Below, in pieces: positions 56,927 through 64,000 of a stretch of DNA of 64,000 nucleotides. Made by a program: the position numbers and the translations under genes. The notes under the pieces are model-generated. The model did not search any database. It had not been told where the DNA came from and worked only from the letters and a program-made list of their open reading frames with translations. The stretch covers positions 3,123 through 67,122 of the forward strand of contig DASUFF010000141.1 in assembly GCA_036274695.1 (NCBI GenBank), in the 5' to 3' direction. Source of the stretch: a bacterium. GTDB lineage: Bacteria > UBA10199 > JACPAL01 > GCA-016699445. Positions within the stretch are counted from its first letter, which is position 1, and the number at the start of each line of letters is the position of its first letter.

Positions 56927-58084
56927 TTACCGTGCTTCCTTCACGATGCGGTCGGCCGCCTTCGAGAGGTCGTCTTCGGAGATCAGTTTCAGGCCGGATT
57001 CGTTCAGGATCTTCTTGCCCAGATCGACGTTGGTACCCTGCAGCCGGACGACCACCGGTACCTGGATCTTCACGTCGCGCGCGGCCTGGACCACGCCCGT
57101 CGCGATCGTATCGCACTTCATGATGCCGCCGAAGATATTGACCAGAATGCCCTTCACCTTGGGGTCGGCCAGGATGATCTTGAAGGCCGCCGTGACTTTT
57201 TCCGCCGTCGCGCCGCCGCCGACGTCCAGGAAGTTCGCGGGCTCGCCGCCTGCCAGCTTGATGATGTCCATCGTGGCCATCGCGAGCCCGGCGCCGTTCA
57301 CCATGCAGCCGATGTTGCCGTTCAGGCTGATGTAGGAGAGGTCGTATTTCTTCGCTTCGATCTCGGCGGCGTCCTCTTCGTCCAAGTCGCGAAGGGTCTC
57401 ATAATCCGGGTGGCGGAAGAGGGCGTTGTCGTCGAAGTTGATCTTGGCGTCCAAGGCCAGGAGATTTCCGTCGCCGGTGACGACCAGCGGGTTGATTTCC
57501 GCCAGGGAGAAGTCGCCTTTGACATAGGCCTCATAAAGGGCCTTCACGAAAGTGACAAACTTTTCCGAAAGACCGGCGTCAAAACCGAGTTTGCCGGCGA
57601 CGTCCTTGACGATTCTTTCATCGACGCCAGCGACCGGATCAACGCCTATCTTCAAGATTTTTTCGGGATGCTTGGCGGCGACTTCCTCAATGTCCATGCC
57701 GCCTTCGGAGGAGGCCATGATCGTCACGCGCGAGGTGACGCGGTCTAAGACGGCGCCGAGGTAAAGCTCGCGCGCGATCTGGCAGCCTTTTTCGATCAAG
57801 AGCTTCTTGACGACTTTCCCTTCGGGCCCGGTCTGGTGCGTGACTAAGGTCATGCCCAGGATAGCCTTGGCGTTGGCCTCCGCCTCATCGATCGTCTTCG
57901 CCAGCTTGACGCCGCCGCCCTTGCCGCGGCCGCCGGCGTGGATCTGGGCCTTGACGACCACGGGCAACCCCAGCTCCTTGGCGGTTTTTACGGCGTCTTC
58001 GACCGAAAAGGCCACGCACCCTTCGGGGGTCGGGACCCCGTATTTCCTCAAAATCTCTTTGCCTTGATATTCGTGGATTTTCAC
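56927..58084 (-). CDS. sucC: Succinyl-CoA synthetase beta subunit
   Basis: ATP-grasp; probable GTG start giving (M)[16 protein letters not shown]; the ORF track's N-terminal 11 aa extension is unlikely. Confidence 0.9.
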   Translation of the reverse strand: MKIHEYQGKEILRKYGVPTPEGCVAFSVEDAVKTAKELGLPVVVKAQIHAGGRGKGGGVKLAKTIDEAEANAKAILGMTLVTHQTGPEGKVVKKLLIEKGCQIARELYLGAVLDRVTSRVTIMASSEGGMDIEEVAAKHPEKILKIGVDPVAGVDERIVKDVAGKLGFDAGLSEKFVTFVKALYEAYVKGDFSLAEINPLVVTGDGNLLALDAKINFDDNALFRHPDYETLRDLDEEDAAEIEAKKYDLSYISLNGNIGCMVNGAGLAMATMDIIKLAGGEPANFLDVGGGATAEKVTAAFKIILADPKVKGILVNIFGGIMKCDTIATGVVQAARDVKIQVPVVVRLQGTNVDLGKKILNESGLKLISEDDLSKAADRIVKEAR

Positions 58085-58160
58085 GATGAAACCCCAATAA
58101 AATTCTAAGCTTTTCATCGCACCTTTTGTGTGCGACGCGTTCGTCTATCAAAGAACGCGA

Positions 58161-58667
58161 ATGGGACGCAAGGTCATTATCTTCCTCATCTTCTTCGCTC
58201 TCCCGCTCTCAGCGTGGGCTGGCGAGGTGATGGTTCAATCCTGCCACGACGGGGACACGTGCGCGATCCAAGTGGCCGGGCTTGCGCTCAAGGTCCGGTT
58301 GGCCGGCATCGACGCGCCGGAGATGGGGCGCAAGAAGGGGTCGGAACAGCCTTTCGCGCGCGAGTCCCGGGACGCGCTCAACGCGATGGTGGCGGGCAAG
58401 AAGGTCGAGGTGGGCCAATACGGTATCGACGCCTACAATCGTCCGCTCGTGACCCTCAAGACGCCTTCCGGGACGATCGTCAATGAAGAGCTGGTCAAGC
58501 TGGGTCTGGCGGAGATTTACGAAGGGAACAAGGCCTTCGACCTGACGAAACTCAAACTCCTGCAATCCCAGGCGCAGAACGGCCGCCGCGGCGTTTGGTC
58601 GCTGGGCGCCCGTTACGTCAGTCCTTATCTCTACCGGAAAAAATCGAAGGTTTCGGAAGAAGGCTAG
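58161..58667 (+). CDS. Secreted thermonuclease (staphylococcal nuclease-like)
   Basis: Signal peptide MGRKVIIFLIFFALPLSAWA; SNase motifs CHDGDTC..VRLAGIDAPE. Confidence 0.8.
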   Translation: MGRKVIIFLIFFALPLSAWAGEVMVQSCHDGDTCAIQVAGLALKVRLAGIDAPEMGRKKGSEQPFARESRDALNAMVAGKKVEVGQYGIDAYNRPLVTLKTPSGTIVNEELVKLGLAEIYEGNKAFDLTKLKLLQSQAQNGRRGVWSLGARYVSPYLYRKKSKVSEEG

Positions 58668-58676
58668 TCGGGAAAG

Positions 58677-59570
58677 CTAGCGCCCGAGCTGGCGCTCCAC
58701 GGCCGGCGCCTTCATCCCCCCGATCCCCGCTTGAAAGATCTGGAAGTTTCCCGCGCCGAACCGGACGGCGTGTCCCGGCTGGAGCGTGAAGGCCGATGTC
58801 CCGTTGCGCGTGACCGCCGCCCCGCCCTTGAAGATGAGTGTCGCATCCGACGGCAGGGTCTCCACGGCGCCTTCGGGCGTCGTCGCCGTCGCCGCCCCGT
58901 CTTTGGTGACGGTGACCACGGTGCCCTTCGTGAATTCCTTCGTATAGCCGTCTATCATGATGAAGCCCTCGGGCGCGGTGAAGGTGCCGCCTTGAATCAG
59001 GTCTTCCTGGACCACGGGTGTGGTGACGACTCCTTGCTGTCCGAACCGCCGGATCGCATCGACTCCGGGGCCGGCTTTATAGATGGTGTCCGGGGCGGGG
59101 TAGTCTCCCACGCCGCCTCCGCCGACCGCAGGCCCGACGGCCGGGCCTCCGATGGGCGAACCTGCCGTGAGTCCCGGAACTTCGACCGGTACGAGACCTT
59201 CGCAAATGATGGGTTGGGTCAGACAGATGCTCGCTCCGCCGGTCAGCGTGATCGTGCCTCCGGAACCCGAACCGCCGGTGGCGGTGCCGCCGCCGGTCGT
59301 CGTTCCCGACGTGCCCGTCCCTCCGCTCGTCGTCGTCCCCGTGGCCGTCGTCCCTCCGGGACCGCCGCCCGTCGTGTCTTCGGCGGTCGCGCCTCCCGTC
59401 GAGGGCTCGGCCGATCCCGTCGTTTCTCCGGCCGTCGGCGTCGTGGTGTCGCTGCCGGACTCCTCGGTGTTCGTCACTTCACCGCCGGGCCCGTTCGTGC
59501 CGCAGGACATGAGACCGCTGGAGAACAGGGCCCAACCGAGGACGACCGATAAGAGAAGACGTTGGATCAT
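58677..59570 (-). CDS. Lipoprotein with long Gly/Thr-rich low-complexity linker, hypothetical
   Basis: MIQRLLLSVVLGWALFSSGLMSCG lipobox, then ~150 aa of G/T/S repeats, then a beta-rich C-terminal domain. Confidence 0.55.
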   Translation of the reverse strand: MIQRLLLSVVLGWALFSSGLMSCGTNGPGGEVTNTEESGSDTTTPTAGETTGSAEPSTGGATAEDTTGGGPGGTTATGTTTSGGTGTSGTTTGGGTATGGSGSGGTITLTGGASICLTQPIICEGLVPVEVPGLTAGSPIGGPAVGPAVGGGGVGDYPAPDTIYKAGPGVDAIRRFGQQGVVTTPVVQEDLIQGGTFTAPEGFIMIDGYTKEFTKGTVVTVTKDGAATATTPEGAVETLPSDATLIFKGGAAVTRNGTSAFTLQPGHAVRFGAGNFQIFQAGIGGMKAPAVERQLGR

Positions 59571-59690
59571 AAAGTACCTCCAAGGAGACATTTAAACGGA
59601 TTGCAATCCCGATACCAATGATTAGATTAATAAAATTAAGTACTTACGATATCGCTCCTAGGTCGATCTTCTCTCAATTTGATAAAATTA

Positions 59691-61085
59691 TCAAAATGAA
59701 AAATCCGTGCCGCAGAGATAACGGCCCAACGAAACGCGCTCGGGCGGCGGACGGGGATTATCGGGCCTCGTCCTCTCCAGTTGGTAGACGATCTCGAAGT
59801 CCTTCAAACGCCGCCCTTCGGCCGCTTCGCGATTCCATTGATAACAAAGATACCAGGCGAAATAGGGGCGAAGGGCGGGGTCGTCCCACACATTGGTCAT
59901 GTACTTCGTCCATCGAAAATCCTTGTAGTCGGAGGGGACGTCCTTGGGCCGTTCCCATCGGATTTTTTGTCCCCAATGAAAGAGATCCACCGAGGATCCG
60001 TCTTCCAACCGTCCGGGGATGACGTACCAGCCGTCGACCACCTTGGGCGCGATGAACATCACCCAGCCCTGATTCAAGGCGAGGAGCCGGGCTGGCGCCC
60101 AAAGGACGCTGTTTCGCAACGGCAGCGGGAAGACCGTGCCCAGGTTCCAGAGAAAGACCATCAGAAGACAGTAAAGGGCGAAAAGGCGGGCGGGAAGAGG
60201 CAGAGGATCCACGGGCGTCGGCCGCTCGGCGACGGTCTCCCTTCCTTTCCCCCAAAAGGAGCCCGGTAGAAAGGGAAGGATGGCGGCCGTGCTGATCCAC
60301 GGAAAGAGTCCCAGGGAAAGGAAGGATCCGAGGCTTGCCTGAAAGACGACGAAGGCGGCGACCGTCGCGATTCTCAGCCGCGGCGTTCGGAAGGTCGCGA
60401 GGAGCAGCAGGGGGCCGGCGAGCTCGAAGATGAGCGTCGCATAGGAAAGTCCCCGCATGAGTCGGGGAAAGTGCAGAAGCGCGGCGCCCAAAGGGCGCGC
60501 GTAAGTGTCCAGGGCGACGGCATAGTAGACGGCCGAGCCGTCTTGCCACGAAGGATCCTTGGCCTTGAGGAGGCCGGTGAAGACGTAAACGATGACGACT
60601 TGCAGCAGGAGGGCCGCCGTGCCGATCGAAACGATCTCATTTCCGGGCGTGCGCGCGCGGGAAGTCCGGGCGTCCATCGAATACCGAAGTCCCCACGGCA
60701 GGAACATTCCCCAAAACACCAGCAGCCTTAAGAAGAGATCGCCTCCGTAGAGGACGTAACCGTTGCGGTGATGCAGGGAGACTAAGAAAACCCACGAAAC
60801 CACGGAGGCGACGCGTGTCCACCGGCCGGCCAAGAGGAGAAGGGCGAAGCCCCCCGCCAGGGTGAATAAGACCGCCTCGAAGGCCGTCGAACCGCCCAGG
60901 GCGTGAAACGAAAGATCGAAATAACCGCCCAAGGCGGACAGGGCCGCTCGGGGAAAGACGCCGAAGTCCGTGTAGTGGACCGTGAGATCGCGGGCGCGGT
61001 CGATCAAGTCCACCAAAAGCAAAAGAGCGACGGCGATGCGGAAGGCGGCGAGCGAGCGGAGGTCGGTCGCGAAGAGGCGTCTCAC
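59691..61085 (-). CDS. HTTM-domain (vitamin K-dependent gamma-carboxylase-like) membrane protein
   Basis: N-terminal MRRLFATDLRSLAAFRIAVALLLLVDL.. typical HTTM start; polytopic, 464 aa. Confidence 0.65.
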   Translation of the reverse strand: MRRLFATDLRSLAAFRIAVALLLLVDLIDRARDLTVHYTDFGVFPRAALSALGGYFDLSFHALGGSTAFEAVLFTLAGGFALLLLAGRWTRVASVVSWVFLVSLHHRNGYVLYGGDLFLRLLVFWGMFLPWGLRYSMDARTSRARTPGNEIVSIGTAALLLQVVIVYVFTGLLKAKDPSWQDGSAVYYAVALDTYARPLGAALLHFPRLMRGLSYATLIFELAGPLLLLATFRTPRLRIATVAAFVVFQASLGSFLSLGLFPWISTAAILPFLPGSFWGKGRETVAERPTPVDPLPLPARLFALYCLLMVFLWNLGTVFPLPLRNSVLWAPARLLALNQGWVMFIAPKVVDGWYVIPGRLEDGSSVDLFHWGQKIRWERPKDVPSDYKDFRWTKYMTNVWDDPALRPYFAWYLCYQWNREAAEGRRLKDFEIVYQLERTRPDNPRPPPERVSLGRYLCGTDFSF

Positions 61086-61098
61086 GTAAGGGCGGATC

Positions 61099-61845
61099 TT
61101 AGCCCCAAAGCAGCTTTTTGAACATCCTCTTGGTGGCTTCCCACTCCATCTCGGCGATGGAAGTGGTCAGGGGGATTTCCTTCGGGCAGACTTCCACGCA
61201 CATCTGCGCGTTGCCGCAATCGCTCAAGCCGCCTTTTTCCATCAGGGCGTCGATGCGCTCGTCGGCATACATGGCGCCGGTGGGGTGCTTGTTGAAGAGG
61301 CGGGCCTGCGAGATGGCGGCGGCGCCGATGAAGTCGGAGTGCGGATTGACCTGGGGGCAGGCCTCGAGGCAGCAGCCGCAGGTCATGCAACGGGAAAGCT
61401 CGTAGCCGATGTGCTGCTCTTTAGGACTCAGTCGCGGTCCCGCGCCTAAGTTATGGGTGCCGTCGATGGGCACCCAGGCCTTTACGCGCTTCAAGGCTTC
61501 GAACATTTTCGTGCGGTCCACGCGCAGGTCGCGGATGCACGGGAACTTGCTCATCGGCTCCAAGGTGATCGGCTGCGAGAGGTTGTCCACCAGCGCCGAG
61601 CAGGCCTGGCGGACCTTGCCGTTGATGAGCATGGTGCAGGAGCCGCAGACTTCTTCCAAGCAGGCGGCGTCCCAGGTCACCGGAGTCGTCTTCTGGCCCT
61701 TGGCGTTCTGAGGATTCTTTTGAATCTCCATCAAGCAGGAGATGACGTTCATCGAAGCCCGGTAGGGCAGTTCGAATTCCTCCCAATACGATTCGCCGTT
61801 GGGGGCGTCCCTGCGCTTGATTTTGAGATAGATCGTCTGGGCCAT
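61099..61845 (-). CDS. sdhB: Succinate dehydrogenase/fumarate reductase iron-sulfur subunit
   Basis: 2Fe-2S (CxxxxCGSC), 4Fe-4S (CMTCGCCLEACP) and 3Fe-4S (CGNAQMCVEVCP) cysteine motifs. Confidence 0.95.
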   Translation of the reverse strand: MAQTIYLKIKRRDAPNGESYWEEFELPYRASMNVISCLMEIQKNPQNAKGQKTTPVTWDAACLEEVCGSCTMLINGKVRQACSALVDNLSQPITLEPMSKFPCIRDLRVDRTKMFEALKRVKAWVPIDGTHNLGAGPRLSPKEQHIGYELSRCMTCGCCLEACPQVNPHSDFIGAAAISQARLFNKHPTGAMYADERIDALMEKGGLSDCGNAQMCVEVCPKEIPLTTSIAEMEWEATKRMFKKLLWG

Positions 61846-61852
61846 AATCTTT

Positions 61853-63601
61853 CTACTTCATATCATATTTACGGGGACGCGGCTTGATGTGCTGGGTGTC
61901 CACGTCCTCGTAGGAAAATTCGGGTTCTTCCGCCGGGCCTCGGAACTTCGCCTTCGTCGTCTTCAGCCAGGTCGCGTCGTCGCGGTCCGGGAACTCCGGC
62001 TTGTAATGGGCTCCGCGGCTTTCGTTGCGGCGGAAGGCGCCCAGGGTGATCGCGCGCGCCAATTGGAGCATGTTTTCGAGTTCCCGGGCGAAGACGAGCT
62101 CGCGGTTGGACCAGGCGCCCGTGTCCGGCAGGTAGATGTCCTTGTAACGCTCGATCAGCTCCTCGATCTTCTCATCCATCTTCTTAAGCTTGGCGTTGTA
62201 GCGCACGACGGTGACGTTTTCCGTCATGCCGTCGCCCAGCTCCTCGTGCAAGACGTGCGGGTTGGTCTTGCCGTCGGCGGCGAGGAGCTTGTTGTTGCGC
62301 TCCGTCTCGCGGCGGACGGCGTCGTCGTAAACGCTCGCCTCGACCGCGTCGGCCGCCTTGGCCAGGCCCTTGGCGTATTTGACCGCGGAGGGACCGGAGA
62401 CCATGCCGCCGTAGATGCAGGAGACCAGGGAGTTGGCGCCCAGCCGGTTCGCGCCGTGGTACTGGTATTCGCATTCGCCGGCGGCGAAGAGGCCGGGGAT
62501 GTTCGACATGTGGTTGAAATCGATCCACAACCCGCCCATCGAATAATGCACGGCGGGGAAGACGCGCATCGGGACCTTCTTCGGGTCCTGGCCGACGAAC
62601 TTTTCGTAGATTTCCAGAACGCCGCCGAGCTTCTCTTGCAAGCGGTCGGGATCGATGTGAGAGACGTCCAGATAAACCTGCGGCCGCCCGTCCACGCCCA
62701 GCTTCAATTCGTAGACGACCTTGAAGATGGCGCGCGTGGCGACGTCGCGGGGGACCAAGTTGCCGTACTTCGGATACCACTCTTCCAGGAAGTACCAGGG
62801 CTTTCCGTCCTTCGGCACCCAGACGCGGCCGCCCTCGCCGCGGACGGATTCGGAGATCAGGCGGAGCTTGTCTTCACCCGGCACGGCGGTGGGATGGACC
62901 TGCACGAACTCGCCGTTCCCGTAGTAGGCGCCCTGCTGGTAGGCCGCCGAGACGGCGCTGCCGGTGCAGATGGTGGAATTGGTGCTCTTGCCGAAGATGA
63001 GCCCCGGGCCGCCGGTCGCCAAGATGACGGCGTCGGCGCGAAAGGCCCGGACTTCCATGGTGTCCAAGTTGATCGCCGTGATGCCGCGGCAGACCATCTG
63101 ATTGTCCAAAATGAGCGAGAGAAATTCCCAGCTCTCGTACTTGCGCACGCGGCCTTCGGATTCGTGAAAGCGGACCTGCTCGTCCAAGGCGTAAAGGATC
63201 TGCTGGCCGGTGGTGGCGCCGGCGAAGGCGGTGCGGTGGTACAGAGTTCCGCCGAAGCGGCGGAAGTCGAGAAGGCCTTCCGGCGTCCGGTTGAACATGA
63301 CGCCCATGCGGTCCAGCATGAAGATGATGCCGGGGGCCGCGTCGCACATGTTCTTCACCGGCGTCTGGTTGGCCAGGAAGTCGCCGCCGTAGATGGTGTC
63401 GTCGAAGTGCTGGGCGGTGGAGTCGCCCTCGCCCTTGGTGTTCACCGCGGCGTTGATGCCGCCCTGGGCGCACACCGAGTGCGAGCGGCGGACGGGCACG
63501 ACGGAGAAGAGGTCGACGGGCACGCCGGTCTCGGCCACCTTCATGGTCGCCGCCAGCCCCGCCAATCCCCCGCCCACAACGATGATTTTAGGTTGCGCCA
63601 T
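61853..63601 (-). CDS. sdhA: Succinate dehydrogenase/fumarate reductase flavoprotein subunit
   Basis: FAD motif VVGGGLAGLAA, covalent-FAD His region (RSHSVCAQGG), 582 aa. Confidence 0.95.
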   Translation of the reverse strand: MAQPKIIVVGGGLAGLAATMKVAETGVPVDLFSVVPVRRSHSVCAQGGINAAVNTKGEGDSTAQHFDDTIYGGDFLANQTPVKNMCDAAPGIIFMLDRMGVMFNRTPEGLLDFRRFGGTLYHRTAFAGATTGQQILYALDEQVRFHESEGRVRKYESWEFLSLILDNQMVCRGITAINLDTMEVRAFRADAVILATGGPGLIFGKSTNSTICTGSAVSAAYQQGAYYGNGEFVQVHPTAVPGEDKLRLISESVRGEGGRVWVPKDGKPWYFLEEWYPKYGNLVPRDVATRAIFKVVYELKLGVDGRPQVYLDVSHIDPDRLQEKLGGVLEIYEKFVGQDPKKVPMRVFPAVHYSMGGLWIDFNHMSNIPGLFAAGECEYQYHGANRLGANSLVSCIYGGMVSGPSAVKYAKGLAKAADAVEASVYDDAVRRETERNNKLLAADGKTNPHVLHEELGDGMTENVTVVRYNAKLKKMDEKIEELIERYKDIYLPDTGAWSNRELVFARELENMLQLARAITLGAFRRNESRGAHYKPEFPDRDDATWLKTTKAKFRGPAEEPEFSYEDVDTQHIKPRPRKYDMK

Positions 63602-63602
63602 G

Positions 63603-64000
63603 TTACGTGAATTTCAAGAGGATCGAGACGCTCCAAAGCGCCAGCACGACGAAAACGACCATGGTCAGCGCCCCGGACATCCGTTGCGCCTTCTTGCCGA
63701 CGGTCAGCCCCCAGGTCACCAGGAAGCTCCAGAGGCCGTTGGAGAAGTGGAAGACCACCGAGATCACGCCCACCATGTAGAACCAGAACCAAAACGGCTG
63801 CGCCAGCATCTGGCTCATCATCGATGCCGTCATCTCATAGCCGTGGATCACGGACTTGATGCGCGTCGAATACGAATGGGTGGCGATGAAGACCAGGGCG
63901 GTGAAGCCCGTCAGCCGCTGGAAGAAGAACATCCAGTTCCGGTAGCGACTATAAGACGTGAAGTTGTTCTGTCCCTTATAAATGATGGCGATGCCCAGGA
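63603..64000 (-). CDS. sdhC: Succinate dehydrogenase membrane cytochrome b subunit (partial; N-terminus beyond window end)
   Basis: Hydrophobic helices with His; the reading frame stays open upstream of the ORF-track start (..LGIAIIYKGQNNFTSYSRYRNWMFFFQRL..) to the window edge. Confidence 0.7.
   Translation of the reverse strand, partial: LGIAIIYKGQNNFTSYSRYRNWMFFFQRLTGFTALVFIATHSYSTRIKSVIHGYEMTASMMSQMLAQPFWFWFYMVGVISVVFHFSNGLWSFLVTWGLTVGKKAQRMSGALTMVVFVVLALWSVSILLKFT

Overview
This is a high-GC (roughly 65-70% by eye), densely coding bacterial chromosomal segment, and the repeated palindromes at the hipB promoter prove on inspection to be operators rather than a CRISPR array; no rRNA or tRNA was recognised. 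Adjacent genes very often overlap by the 4-nt ATGA stop/start motif. Recognisable content, in order: ftsH (partial, minus strand), an L,D-transpeptidase, four universal-stress-protein (Usp) genes scattered through the window, a tripartite ABC-ATPase / FtsX-permease / HlyD-adaptor exporter, and a 9-gene translationally coupled minus-strand operon. That operon runs Usp, small membrane protein, PRTase-hydrolase fusion, AMP-forming acyl-CoA synthetase, 2-oxoacid dehydrogenase E1 alpha and beta, a stand-alone lipoyl-domain protein, a separate E2 catalytic-domain protein, and a dedicated ACP. Further on: a znuCB-like metal ABC transporter, an APH-like kinase / P-loop kinase fusion coupled to a PlsC-like acyltransferase, a two-component cluster (two PAS histidine kinases, a CheY-like receiver, a receiver-HisKA_3 hybrid, a NarL-type regulator), Crp/Fnr, an SDR, and an orphan 50-aa AP2/integrase-type DNA-binding ORF. 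Then hipBA with three perfect palindromic operators, directly coupled to a P-type ATPase; an AmmeMemoRadiSam radical SAM gene coupled to a small K+ channel; and a respiratory island (nirK interrupted by an in-frame TAA, nnrS, ccoP-ccoN-ccoO cbb3 oxidase plus tiny membrane ORFs). Also Hsp20, class II RNR (nrdJ), a stand-alone EF-G, an outer-membrane barrel and an acyl-CoA ligase. Coordinates 51.3-55.3 kb are a visibly AT-richer accessory patch: a 708-aa caspase/legumain-like + thioredoxin + HEAT/coiled-coil + beta-rich multidomain protein, then two copies of a HEAT-repeat gene (one degenerate) flanking a brnTA toxin-antitoxin. The window ends with ndk, sucDC, a nuclease, a Gly/Thr-rich lipoprotein, an HTTM protein and sdhCAB (sdhC partial).
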